Shown: piece after piece, positions 8,986-18,263 of the stretch
Position numbering within the stretch: the first letter of the stretch is position 1
How the letters are laid out: every line of letters begins with the position of its first letter
Position numbers and translations under genes: made by a program
Assembly: GCA_963719505.1 (NCBI GenBank)
Contig: CAVRCF010000001.1
Location: 416,001-480,000, forward strand
Reading direction: 5' to 3'
Length of the DNA stretch: 64,000 nucleotides
DNA from: Halobacteriovoraceae bacterium
GTDB lineage: Bacteria > Bdellovibrionota > Bacteriovoracia > Bacteriovoracales > Bacteriovoracaceae
Notes under the pieces: model-generated
Database searches by the model: none
The model's input: the letters and a program-made list of their open reading frames with translations, nothing else
What the model was told of the DNA's origin: nothing

Positions 8986-9458
8986 TGAATCTCAATAGTC
9001 TTATCTCAGATTATTTTGATAATAATTGTGATTTTGACGTCTCTATGACAACGATAGTACGAGCTGATGGAATTGTTGTTTACTCTTCAAGAGACTTAGC
9101 ACCCAAAGCTGCCTCTATAGGGGCACTTGTTGGAGGTGTTTGGCAAGCTGCAGAAGCTTTGAATACGCATAGTGGAAAAGGTGAAGAAATATCAGAATAC
9201 CGCTTTAGTTTTGATAAAACAGATAGTGGAATATATATTTTGCCAGTAATGATCGAGAAAAATTATTACTATATCGCTACTCTGTACAGCGACACATTTA
9301 ACCCTGCACTTTTGAAGAGAAACTTTAGGCTTTTAAAAGAAGATGTAGAAAAGTTTTTATCAAAAAATAAAGTAAAGAAAACTCACTTGAGAGAAGATTT
9401 CTTATTTAAAAATATTACAGATGAAGAGATTGATAATCTCTTCTCGTTTGGAAGGTAA
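8985..9458 (+). CDS. mglB: Divergent MglB-like roadblock/LC7 protein
   Basis: IVRADG, IGALVGGVWQAAEAL, C-terminal ITDEEIDNLF; directly before mglA. Confidence 0.7.
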   Translation: MNLNSLISDYFDNNCDFDVSMTTIVRADGIVVYSSRDLAPKAASIGALVGGVWQAAEALNTHSGKGEEISEYRFSFDKTDSGIYILPVMIEKNYYYIATLYSDTFNPALLKRNFRLLKEDVEKFLSKNKVKKTHLREDFLFKNITDEEIDNLFSFGR

Positions 9459-9463
9459 ATAAT

Positions 9464-10057
9464 ATGTCTTTTGTAAATTATCACACAAAAGAAATTAACT
9501 GTAAGATCGTCTACTATGGCCCAGGCTTGGGTGGAAAGACGACCAATATACAACACGTTTATCAGAGGACTTCAGCGGGAGCTAAAGGCCAGATGGTAAC
9601 TCTAAACACTGAAAATGAGAGAACATTATTTTTCGATTTTCTTCCTTTGGATTTGGGTCAAATAAGGGGATACAAAACTCGTTTTCACCTGTATACCGTA
9701 CCAGGACAAGTGTTTTATGAAGCGAGTAGAAAGTTAATTCTCAGAGGAGTCGATGGCATCGTTTTTGTTGCAGATTCTCAAGTAGAAAGAATGGAAGATA
9801 ACGTAGAGAGTCTAAAAGGTTTAAAAGCAAACCTTGAAGCCCAAGGTTATGAATTTAATAAGGTTCCCATTGTGATGCAGTGGAACAAAAGAGATCTTCC
9901 CAATATCGTTTCGACGCAAGATTTGGACAGGAAGTTGAATGAATTTGACTTTCCAGCCTTTGAATCAACTGCTACAACCGGGGAAGGCGTATTTGAGACA
10001 TTAAAGATGATTAGTAAACTAGTATTGCTTAATATAAAAAGTGGATTGGACAACTGA
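9464..10057 (+). CDS. mglA: Ras-like GTPase MglA
   Basis: KIVYYGPGLGGKTTN, RTLFFDFLP, LYTVPGQ, NKRDLP. Confidence 0.96.
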   Translation: MSFVNYHTKEINCKIVYYGPGLGGKTTNIQHVYQRTSAGAKGQMVTLNTENERTLFFDFLPLDLGQIRGYKTRFHLYTVPGQVFYEASRKLILRGVDGIVFVADSQVERMEDNVESLKGLKANLEAQGYEFNKVPIVMQWNKRDLPNIVSTQDLDRKLNEFDFPAFESTATTGEGVFETLKMISKLVLLNIKSGLDN

Positions 10058-10072
10058 GAGAGAGGAGAGCCT

Positions 10073-10492
10073 GTGAAACTTAAGAAAAAACAATTGGCAG
10101 AATTAAAAGAAAAAGTAATTGCCGAAAGAGAAAGAGTTTTAACAAAGTTAGCAATTGATGAAGAGATGTTCACAATAGCAAGTGAAGAGAGATCAGACGA
10201 AGTAGACCAAGCGTCAGCCGACTATCAAAGATCACAAATGCTAAGATTTAGAAACAGAGATGTTTTCTATGCAAAAAAATTAAAACAAGCTTTACAAAAA
10301 ATTGAAGAAGGAGACTACGGTCTTTGTGTTGAATGTGACGAAACAATTAACTTTAAAAGATTAATTGCTAGACCGACAGCAGACCTTTGTATTTCTTGTA
10401 AAGACGAAGCAGAAAAAGAAGAGCATTCTAACGTTATCGGAAGACAATCTAAATCACTTGGTAAGCAAGTAGAAATGGTTAAAACTCTTTAG
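10073..10492 (+). CDS. dksA: DksA/TraR family transcription factor
   Basis: DEVDQA coiled-coil tip; YGLCVEC...RLIARP...CISC zinc finger. Confidence 0.85.
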   Translation: MKLKKKQLAELKEKVIAERERVLTKLAIDEEMFTIASEERSDEVDQASADYQRSQMLRFRNRDVFYAKKLKQALQKIEEGDYGLCVECDETINFKRLIARPTADLCISCKDEAEKEEHSNVIGRQSKSLGKQVEMVKTL

Positions 10493-10500
10493 GTAAATGT

Positions 10501-11340
10501 ATGACAAAAATTGCAATAATTGGTGGAAGTGGAATTTATAATTTAGACGGTGTCGAGACGGTTGAAGACCACCTTATCGATACTCCTTTTGGTAAGCCTA
10601 GCGGCAATATCAAAAAGCTAAAGGTTGAAAATAGCCACTTCTACTTTATCGCAAGACATGGTGAGGGACACAAAATCTCACCTTCAGAAATAAACTTTCG
10701 CGCGAATATTTACGCTTTAAAAACTCTCGGTGTTGATACTGTGATAAGTATCTCAGCCGTTGGTTCCTTAAAAGAAGAGCATAAGCCAGGTGACTTTGTT
10801 CTTGTTAGCCAATTTATCGATTGGACTAAAGGCCTAAGAGCGAGAACATTTTTTGATAACGGTGTTGTGGGACATGTTAGTGTGGCCCAACCTGTTAACT
10901 TAGACCTTCGCCAAATTATTAAAAACTCTCTTGAAAAGACAGATGTAAGTCACTCATTAGGTGGCGCATATCTTTGTATAGAGGGACCTCAGTTTTCTAC
11001 AAAAGCGGAGTCAAATATTTATCGTTCTTTTGAAGCAGATGTTATTGGTATGACCAATGTTCCTGAAGCTTTTTTGGCCAAAGAAGCCGGTATGGCCTAT
11101 GCAACTGTTGCCATGGTTACAGACTACGACTGTTGGAAAGACGAACACTGCACAGTTGATGAAATCATGCGTGTTATGAAAGATAATTACGCCTCTGCTA
11201 GCAAATTGATAAAGGTTCTTATTCCTACACTTTCAGATTCACCTCTGGAGTTTGAAGCTGAGAATAAGCACGCCATCATGACAAATCCATCACTTGTTTC
11301 TGCGGAACAAGAAAAAATAATTCACACCCTTTTAAATTAA
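10501..11340 (+). CDS. mtnP: S-methyl-5'-thioadenosine phosphorylase
   Basis: IIGGSG, RHGEGH, EGPQFSTKAES, IGMT, VTDYDCW. Confidence 0.92.
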   Translation: MTKIAIIGGSGIYNLDGVETVEDHLIDTPFGKPSGNIKKLKVENSHFYFIARHGEGHKISPSEINFRANIYALKTLGVDTVISISAVGSLKEEHKPGDFVLVSQFIDWTKGLRARTFFDNGVVGHVSVAQPVNLDLRQIIKNSLEKTDVSHSLGGAYLCIEGPQFSTKAESNIYRSFEADVIGMTNVPEAFLAKEAGMAYATVAMVTDYDCWKDEHCTVDEIMRVMKDNYASASKLIKVLIPTLSDSPLEFEAENKHAIMTNPSLVSAEQEKIIHTLLN

Positions 11341-12263
11341 TGGCACAAGAGTACGGAAAACATTATTCGGTTATGTTTGATGAGTGCTTATCAGCACTTA
11401 TTAATAATGACTCGAATAATTTAAAGTTCGCTGACATGACTTTTGGTGCCGGTGGACACTCCTTTGGAATAGCAAAAGCTGTCGAGGGTTGCACTGTCTA
11501 CAGTGTAGACCAAGATCCAGACGCTATAAAAAATGGTATTGAAAAGATTGAAGAGTATGGAATCGAGAATGTTAAATTAATTAAAACAAATTACACTGAC
11601 TTCCCAAAATGGATTCAAGAAAATGAGCCCGAGACAAAGTTTCAGGGTATCCTTATGGATATAGGTGTTTCTTCCCACCAGTTTGATACTTTTGAGCGCG
11701 GATTTTCCTTTAGAGCAGATGCCTATCTCGATATGAGAATGGACTATGAAAATGAAAATGCCCCTACAGCTGCAGATATTTTGAACGATTACGACGAAGA
11801 AGATATCGCAAATCTTATTTTTAAATATGGAGAAGAGAGACTTTCAAGAAGGATTGCGGCTGAAATTGTCGCCCGAAGATCTGAAAAAAGAATTGAAAGA
11901 ACAAAAGAGCTCGAAGATATATGTTTCCATGCGTACCCCAAGAAAATGCGTTTTGGTAAAACCCACCCCGCAACTCGAACCTTCCAGGCACTGAGAATCG
12001 CTGTTAATGACGAGCTAGGCGTTCTTGAGAATACTATACAGAAACTGTTTGATATTTTAGACGTAGGTGGCACTTTGGCCATTATCAGCTTTCATTCTTT
12101 AGAAGACAGAATAGTTAAACATAAATTCAAAGAAATTTTTCAAACTGACAAAAATATTGCTAAAATAATAACTAAGAGACCATTATTGCCAACAGAAGAA
12201 GAAGTTTCTGAAAACAAAAGGTCGAGAAGTGCAAAGCTGAGAGTTATTCAAAAAATAGCTTAG
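11340..12263 (+). CDS. rsmH: 16S rRNA m4C1402 methyltransferase
   Basis: DMTFGAGGHS, DIGVSS, HPATRTFQALRI, SFHSLEDR, SRSAKLR. Confidence 0.97.
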   Translation: MAQEYGKHYSVMFDECLSALINNDSNNLKFADMTFGAGGHSFGIAKAVEGCTVYSVDQDPDAIKNGIEKIEEYGIENVKLIKTNYTDFPKWIQENEPETKFQGILMDIGVSSHQFDTFERGFSFRADAYLDMRMDYENENAPTAADILNDYDEEDIANLIFKYGEERLSRRIAAEIVARRSEKRIERTKELEDICFHAYPKKMRFGKTHPATRTFQALRIAVNDELGVLENTIQKLFDILDVGGTLAIISFHSLEDRIVKHKFKEIFQTDKNIAKIITKRPLLPTEEEVSENKRSRSAKLRVIQKIA

Positions 12264-12292
12264 AGCTTTTATTAACACCATGGAGGGTTGTT

Positions 12293-12622
12293 ATGACTGC
12301 TAAGAGAAGGGCCAAGTCGAGAAAGGCTAAGAGTTCACCGATTAGAAATTTCCTAGAAAAATACGTATTGACCTCACAAACATTTCCCTTAATTTGTGTT
12401 CTTGGAACACTTGGAGTTATGTTCGTCCTCATTAGAATGAAAGGGCTCGAGCAAGATTACCGTTATAGCGATATAAGTAAAAAAATTAAAATACAAGAAA
12501 CAGAGAATAAAGAGCTTAAAGCCGAAAGAGCAAGAATGCTCTCTATTAAAAATCTAAAAGGCTTCGCATCAAAATATAAATTGAAAGAACCCGACGAGAA
12601 ACATATCATTATAATTCCCTAA
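12293..12622 (+). CDS. ftsL: FtsL-like cell division protein
   Basis: Basic tail, one TM helix, coiled coil; between rsmH and ftsI. Confidence 0.7.
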   Translation: MTAKRRAKSRKAKSSPIRNFLEKYVLTSQTFPLICVLGTLGVMFVLIRMKGLEQDYRYSDISKKIKIQETENKELKAERARMLSIKNLKGFASKYKLKEPDEKHIIIIP

Positions 12623-12634
12623 CTTGGTATTTAG

Positions 12635-14533
12635 ATGAAAAATAAAATTAAAGTCGTTTTCGTAGTCATAAACATACTTTTTATTAGTGTGATTGTTAGA
12701 GCTGTCCAAATTCAAGTCGTTGATAGAACGAACCTTATTAAATATTCAAATAGCCAGGTCAAAAGAGAAATTAAAAGCTATCCCGAAAGAGGTCATATTC
12801 TTGATAGAAATGGCAATCCTCTTGCTATCAATATCAAAAGTTACGATTTATTCACCTACCCTATTACTGATACCCAAATGTCGAAAAAACTGGATGAACT
12901 GGAAAGAATTATTCCTCAGTTAAATTATGCAAAACTCAGAAAGACGACAATGAATAGAAATGGAAAGTTTACGTGGCTAGGAAGAAAGGTTGATATTAAT
13001 AACCAGCAACTGGAAGTTTTAAAAACAGTTGAGGGTGTCAATATTAGAATCCAAGCAAGTCGTCTTTACCCAAATCACGAACTGGCTTCTCAAATCTTAG
13101 GCTTTGTCGGAATCGATAACGACGGTCTATCTGGTCTTGAATATTCTTTTAATGAAAAATTAAAAGGAAAAGCTGTCATTGAACGCTATAGCAAAGACGC
13201 CAAAGGAAGAAAAATTAAATCAAAGCAAGTCAGTGTTCCAGGAAAGGCGCACGACCTGATTCTAAGTATAGATAAAGATATTCAAGCTTCACTGGAGACA
13301 TACCTAAAAGAAGGTGTCTTGGAATTTGAAGGAGAAAGTGGCGGTGCCGCTGTAATGGATGCCGAAACTGGTGAAATTTGGGCGATGGCAAATTATCCTT
13401 CGTTTGATCCAAATGACGTAAAAAATACAAAGCTATCTCAAAGAAGATTATCATTTGTCTCCGACCAGTTTGAACCAGGTTCTACTTTTAAAACGCTGAC
13501 AATTGCATCTGCTTTAGAGAACAATATCGTCAAACCTGACACAAACTATTATTGTGAAAAGGGAAAATACCTTGTTGGTAATCACTATATTAGTGAATCA
13601 GACAATAAACATGCTTTTGAGTGGCTCTCAGTTGAAGATATATTAAAGTACAGTTCAAATATTGGAACAACCAAGATCGCGTTTGATCTGACCTACCCTT
13701 CATTAAAAAAGACATTAGATAAGTTTAGAATTGGTGTGAGAACAGGGATTGAAAACCCTGGAGAAGCCAAGGGGGCATTGGATACTAAACTAAATATTTC
13801 TCCCTTAAGGTTGAGTAATATAAGTTTTGGTCAAGGTGTTGCCACTACGGGAATACAAATGCTTGCAGCTTATGCCTCTATTGCAAACGGCGGAAAGTAT
13901 GTGACCCCAACTATTGTAAAGGGTGATAGAAATAAAAAGAGTGCCAAGCGAATCATCTCTAAAGATACAGCTCATATCCTTCAAAAGATCCTCGTCAAAG
14001 CCGTTGAAGAGGGCACGGGAAAAAATGCGATGGTTAAACATTTTCAAATTGCCGGTAAAACAAGTACCGCTCAGGCAGTTGATGATAACGGTGGATATGT
14101 CGGTCATATTTCTGGATTTATTGGCTTTCCACTCAACGTTGGAAAGAAGTTTGTGGTCTATACCTATGTGAAAAAGCCAAAGAAAGCCTACTATGGAAGT
14201 ACAGTTGCAGCACCGATTTTTCAAAAAATAGTAAAAAGTATTTTGTATAAAAGAAGAGAGTATAATCAGCTCGCCAGTATCAATACCACAAAGAATAACT
14301 CTATCGATGAGATAAGACTCAAGCAGTCTGCGAGGCGAACCGTCACAAGGGGAATTGTTCCTAATCTCATCGGTATGGATAAATCAAGTGCCTTTCACCT
14401 TCTCGATCAGTCAAAGATAAAATATTCCTATAGAGGATTTGGCGTCGTCTATTCGCAGTCTCCAAGAGCTGGAGATCCAATGTCAGATAGTACCGAAGTC
14501 AAACTTAAGTTTAAAACACCAAGCTATGAATGA
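12635..14533 (+). CDS. ftsI: Class B PBP (FtsI) with C-terminal PASTA domain
   Basis: RGHILDRNG, GLSGLE, EPGSTFK, SSN, GKTST. Confidence 0.93.
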   Translation: MKNKIKVVFVVINILFISVIVRAVQIQVVDRTNLIKYSNSQVKREIKSYPERGHILDRNGNPLAINIKSYDLFTYPITDTQMSKKLDELERIIPQLNYAKLRKTTMNRNGKFTWLGRKVDINNQQLEVLKTVEGVNIRIQASRLYPNHELASQILGFVGIDNDGLSGLEYSFNEKLKGKAVIERYSKDAKGRKIKSKQVSVPGKAHDLILSIDKDIQASLETYLKEGVLEFEGESGGAAVMDAETGEIWAMANYPSFDPNDVKNTKLSQRRLSFVSDQFEPGSTFKTLTIASALENNIVKPDTNYYCEKGKYLVGNHYISESDNKHAFEWLSVEDILKYSSNIGTTKIAFDLTYPSLKKTLDKFRIGVRTGIENPGEAKGALDTKLNISPLRLSNISFGQGVATTGIQMLAAYASIANGGKYVTPTIVKGDRNKKSAKRIISKDTAHILQKILVKAVEEGTGKNAMVKHFQIAGKTSTAQAVDDNGGYVGHISGFIGFPLNVGKKFVVYTYVKKPKKAYYGSTVAAPIFQKIVKSILYKRREYNQLASINTTKNNSIDEIRLKQSARRTVTRGIVPNLIGMDKSSAFHLLDQSKIKYSYRGFGVVYSQSPRAGDPMSDSTEVKLKFKTPSYE

Positions 14534-15803
14534 CCTTCAGTGGAAAACGAGTAATTGCACCAAAAACTCAATTCTCTTCTATTATTTTCCAGAAAAAACA
14601 CAAAAGAGAGTCGACGACTTTTTAAAACGTCTTAATGAAACTGAGTTTCAAACTTGCTATGTGAATATTGAACTTGATCGAGATAGAGTTATTTGTCTAA
14701 CAACCCAAAAGTGGATGGAGAAGAGAGAGTCTCTTTGTAATGAAGTCTATCCATCAAAAGCTAAAAAGCTTATAGGTGTTACTGGAACAAATGGAAAAAC
14801 GACAACAGTAGATATCATTCGCCAACTCCTAGACGGCAAAGATAAAAAAGTTATGACTGTTGGCACCTTGGGTGTCTTTTATAACAAAAATAAAGTCGAC
14901 GACTTCGGACTAACCACCCCCGATTATATTGACCTTCGAAAGTCTTTAAATCGTTATGAAAGTGACTATGCAGTCGTTGAAGTTTCCAGCCATGCTTTAA
15001 GTCAAAACAGATTTTCAAAAATGGTTTTTGATAGAACAATTTGGACAAGCTTTTCACAAGATCACCTTGATTATCATGGATCAATGGAAAATTATTTTAA
15101 GGCAAAAGAAAAAATAGTTAACCTCACAAAGGAAAAGCTCTATATCTCAGAGTCAGATCCTGAAATCTATAAACGAATCACGAGTAAAAAAGTAAAAATT
15201 ATAAAGACAAAAAGTCTTAAAACCTCGAGCTACTTTTCTATTTCTTATAATAATAAAAACCTAAGCCTTGCGCTTGGACTTTTAGAGGATGAAGGATTAG
15301 AAATTACTCCAACAGATCTTGTTGAACTTAATCAAACGCCCGGTCGCTTTAACCTCTACGAACAAGAGGAGAGAAAGGTCGTTATAGATTTTGCACACAC
15401 CCCTGATGCTCTTTTAAATGTAGGCTCGGAGATTAGAAAAACCTTCCCCCATAAAAAAATAATTACCATCTTTGGTTGTGGTGGAGACAGGGACAGAAAA
15501 AAGCGACCTTTGATGGGAAAAGCAGCTTGTATCTTTTCAGACTTAGTTGTGATTACCTCAGATAACCCAAGAAGTGAAAATGCTTTAAATATCATTGAGG
15601 ATATTTATATTGGATGTGATTCTAGTAAGACGACAAAAGAAATTGAAAGAAAAATAGCAATTAGAAAAACGATGACCTCTTACTCTGATGCAGTATTTCT
15701 CATCGCGGGAAAGGGGCACGAAAACTATATCGAGATAAAGGGAGAACGACTTCCCTATAGCGACGAAGAAGAAGTTAAAAGGGTTTTAGATGATCTATCA
15801 TAG
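14526..15803 (+). CDS. murE: UDP-MurNAc-tripeptide synthetase (DAP-adding)
   Basis: GTNGKTT, EVSSHAL, DHLDYH, DFAHTPD, DNPR; start moved to ATG 14526. Confidence 0.92.
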   Translation: MNDLQWKTSNCTKNSILFYYFPEKTQKRVDDFLKRLNETEFQTCYVNIELDRDRVICLTTQKWMEKRESLCNEVYPSKAKKLIGVTGTNGKTTTVDIIRQLLDGKDKKVMTVGTLGVFYNKNKVDDFGLTTPDYIDLRKSLNRYESDYAVVEVSSHALSQNRFSKMVFDRTIWTSFSQDHLDYHGSMENYFKAKEKIVNLTKEKLYISESDPEIYKRITSKKVKIIKTKSLKTSSYFSISYNNKNLSLALGLLEDEGLEITPTDLVELNQTPGRFNLYEQEERKVVIDFAHTPDALLNVGSEIRKTFPHKKIITIFGCGGDRDRKKRPLMGKAACIFSDLVVITSDNPRSENALNIIEDIYIGCDSSKTTKEIERKIAIRKTMTSYSDAVFLIAGKGHENYIEIKGERLPYSDEEEVKRVLDDLS

Positions 15804-17157
15804 GGATTTTAAAAAGTGTTCTTCATTTATTTCTTCGCTAGAGTCAGACGATAAAAAAATTGATATCAATACGGATTCAAGAACTCTGTCTGCTGATGAA
15901 TCCTTTTTGGCCATTTCTGGTGAAAATCATAATGCTTTAAAATTTTTGGAAAGTGTTAAAACTTCTGGATGTTCCACCGTCATTTACACAAAAAATCACG
16001 AAAATGATAAGTTGATTCAGAAGTATCAAGATAGTATCAACTTTATTGCTACGACTGATTCAGTGCTCTTCCTTCAACAAATTACCAACCTACTAAGTAA
16101 TCGTTTCCAAGATAACGGTGGAAAACTTATCGCTATTAGCGGCTCGAATGGTAAAACAACCACCAAGGAGATGCTTTTTCATCTTCTTCATTGTGTTGAA
16201 CCCCAAACAATTTGCACTCAAAAGAATAATAACAATCACATCGGCGTTCCACTAACGCTATTACAGATAAATGAAAAAACGAAATATGCCATTATTGAAC
16301 TTGGTAGCAATCACCCAGGTGAGATAAAAACTCTTTGTGAAATTGTAAACCCAGCTATTGGTGTAACAACAAATATCGGAGATACGCATCTGGAATTTTT
16401 TGAAAATAGAGAGAACGTTTTTAAAGAGGAAGGTTATCTTTATGAATCTATTCTTAACTGTGAAAAAGAAAACAAATTATTTTTTAAGAACTCTGACGAC
16501 GAGTATCTCAAAAGCTTAAAAACGAAACCTTTTGTCGAAGAGTTTGGTTGCACTGCAGAAAATAATAACTTTACTATTGAAAAAGAAAGCGCAATTGTGA
16601 ACAATAGTGGTTATGAATACAAATTCACTAATAAATATATTACTGGGAAGCATAATCTTCACAATCTTTGTCTTGCTTTTATCATGGCAAAAAGCGTTGA
16701 TTCGTCTCGCACAGAAGAATTTGTCGCGCTTTGTGAAAGTTTCAGGCCGACAAAAAATCGTTCTGAATGGCTAGTGCGGGGGGAAAGTAAAATCTTTCTC
16801 GATGCCTATAATGCTAATCCAAGTTCAATGAAAGCTGCTGTTGAAGGCTTCCTCAGTGTTGCCTCTGCATCAAATTGCCTGATCGTTGGCGACATGAACG
16901 AGCTTGGTGAGAATGCCGAAAAGTTTCATCAAGAAACGGCCAAGTTTATTAGTGCTCAAACTGCGCAAAAGGTTATCTTTGTAGGACGCTTTGCACAAGT
17001 AGCAGCAAAAGATTGTCCCGGATCTATGGCATTTGGCTCTGCACAACTTCTAAAAGATTACTTTGATAAAAGTATCTTAAATACTTATAAATACATCTTT
17101 ATTAAAGGCAGTCGGTCTTTACAACTTGAGTCAATCTTAGATATAACTTCCCATTAG
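15790..17157 (+). CDS. murF: UDP-MurNAc-tripeptide D-Ala-D-Ala ligase
   Basis: GSNGKTTTKE, NNHIGVP, DAYNANP, KGSR. Confidence 0.94.
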   Translation: MIYHRDFKKCSSFISSLESDDKKIDINTDSRTLSADESFLAISGENHNALKFLESVKTSGCSTVIYTKNHENDKLIQKYQDSINFIATTDSVLFLQQITNLLSNRFQDNGGKLIAISGSNGKTTTKEMLFHLLHCVEPQTICTQKNNNNHIGVPLTLLQINEKTKYAIIELGSNHPGEIKTLCEIVNPAIGVTTNIGDTHLEFFENRENVFKEEGYLYESILNCEKENKLFFKNSDDEYLKSLKTKPFVEEFGCTAENNNFTIEKESAIVNNSGYEYKFTNKYITGKHNLHNLCLAFIMAKSVDSSRTEEFVALCESFRPTKNRSEWLVRGESKIFLDAYNANPSSMKAAVEGFLSVASASNCLIVGDMNELGENAEKFHQETAKFISAQTAQKVIFVGRFAQVAAKDCPGSMAFGSAQLLKDYFDKSILNTYKYIFIKGSRSLQLESILDITSH

Positions 17158-17178
17158 AAAAAACTAAGGCTTTATTAA

Positions 17179-18255
17179 ATGTTGTATCATTTGTTATATC
17201 CAATGAGCTTGGACGTCTCGCTTTTTAATGTGTTTAGATATATCACTTTTCGATCCTTTATCGCATTTGTAGTAGCGTCTATAATTTCAATTTTATGGGG
17301 AAAACGTTTTATCGCTTTCATGCAAAGAAAGCAATTCGGTCAAACCATTCGCGAGGATGGACCAAAAGAGCACTTAAAAAAAGCTGGCACGCCGACTTTG
17401 GGTGGAATTTTTATCATAGGCTCCGTCGTGTTAACCATGATTGTTGCTGGCAACTTTTCATCACCACCTTTTATCGTTTGCTTACTTGTCATGATTTCAT
17501 TCTTCCTTCTTGGCTGGCTAGACGATTACTTAAAAATAATTAAAAAAAATTCTGATGGAGTTTCTGCAAAAGGAAAACTTGCATGGCAATTTTTAACCTC
17601 ACTCGCAGCATGTTGGTATCTCGTTGAGTTCGGAGTAATAGACACAAATCTTTATGTACCCTTCGTTAAGGGACCGCTGATTGATCTTGGTTGGTTCTAT
17701 ATGTTTTTTGGAAGCATTGTTATTGTGGGGTCGAGTAATGCCGTTAACTTAACTGATGGACTTGATGGCCTTGTTACTGGACCAGTAATAACGAGCTCAG
17801 CAACGCTGGGGATTTTAGCATACGTCGCAGGCCACGTCACAATCTCTCAGTATTTGTTTATTCCCTATATTGTCAATGTCGGTGAGCTAATGGTTCTTGC
17901 CGCGGCTATCGTTGGCGCAAGCGTTGGCTTCCTTTGGTACAATTCCTACCCCGCTCAAATATTTATGGGTGATGTTGGATCTTTATCACTTGGTGGTGTT
18001 TTAGGGACGATAGCAGTTGTGACAAAAAACGAAATCCTCTTTGTTGTTATCGGAGGAATATTTGTGATGGAGGCAGTCTCAGTCATTTTACAGGTAGGCT
18101 CATACAAACTAAGAAAGAAAAGAATATTTAAAATGGCTCCAATACACCATCACTTTGAGTTGAAAGGATGGCCCGAGCCAAAAGTAATCGTTAGATTTTG
18201 GATAATCAGTATCGTGTTATCCATACTAGCACTCGCAACATTAAAATTAAGATAG
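17179..18255 (+). CDS. mraY: Phospho-MurNAc-pentapeptide transferase
   Basis: KAGTPTLGG, DDYLK, NLTDGLDGL, FMGDVGS, PIHHHFE. Confidence 0.97.
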   Translation: MLYHLLYPMSLDVSLFNVFRYITFRSFIAFVVASIISILWGKRFIAFMQRKQFGQTIREDGPKEHLKKAGTPTLGGIFIIGSVVLTMIVAGNFSSPPFIVCLLVMISFFLLGWLDDYLKIIKKNSDGVSAKGKLAWQFLTSLAACWYLVEFGVIDTNLYVPFVKGPLIDLGWFYMFFGSIVIVGSSNAVNLTDGLDGLVTGPVITSSATLGILAYVAGHVTISQYLFIPYIVNVGELMVLAAAIVGASVGFLWYNSYPAQIFMGDVGSLSLGGVLGTIAVVTKNEILFVVIGGIFVMEAVSVILQVGSYKLRKKRIFKMAPIHHHFELKGWPEPKVIVRFWIISIVLSILALATLKLR

Positions 18256-18263
18256 GAGAAATA

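Noticed and set aside
14439-14525. Extended murE N-terminus (likewise the track starts for murD, ftsA, ftsZ, prmA, rsmE, fliD)
   Set aside because: Overlap upstream genes or lack an RBS; better-supported downstream starts were used.
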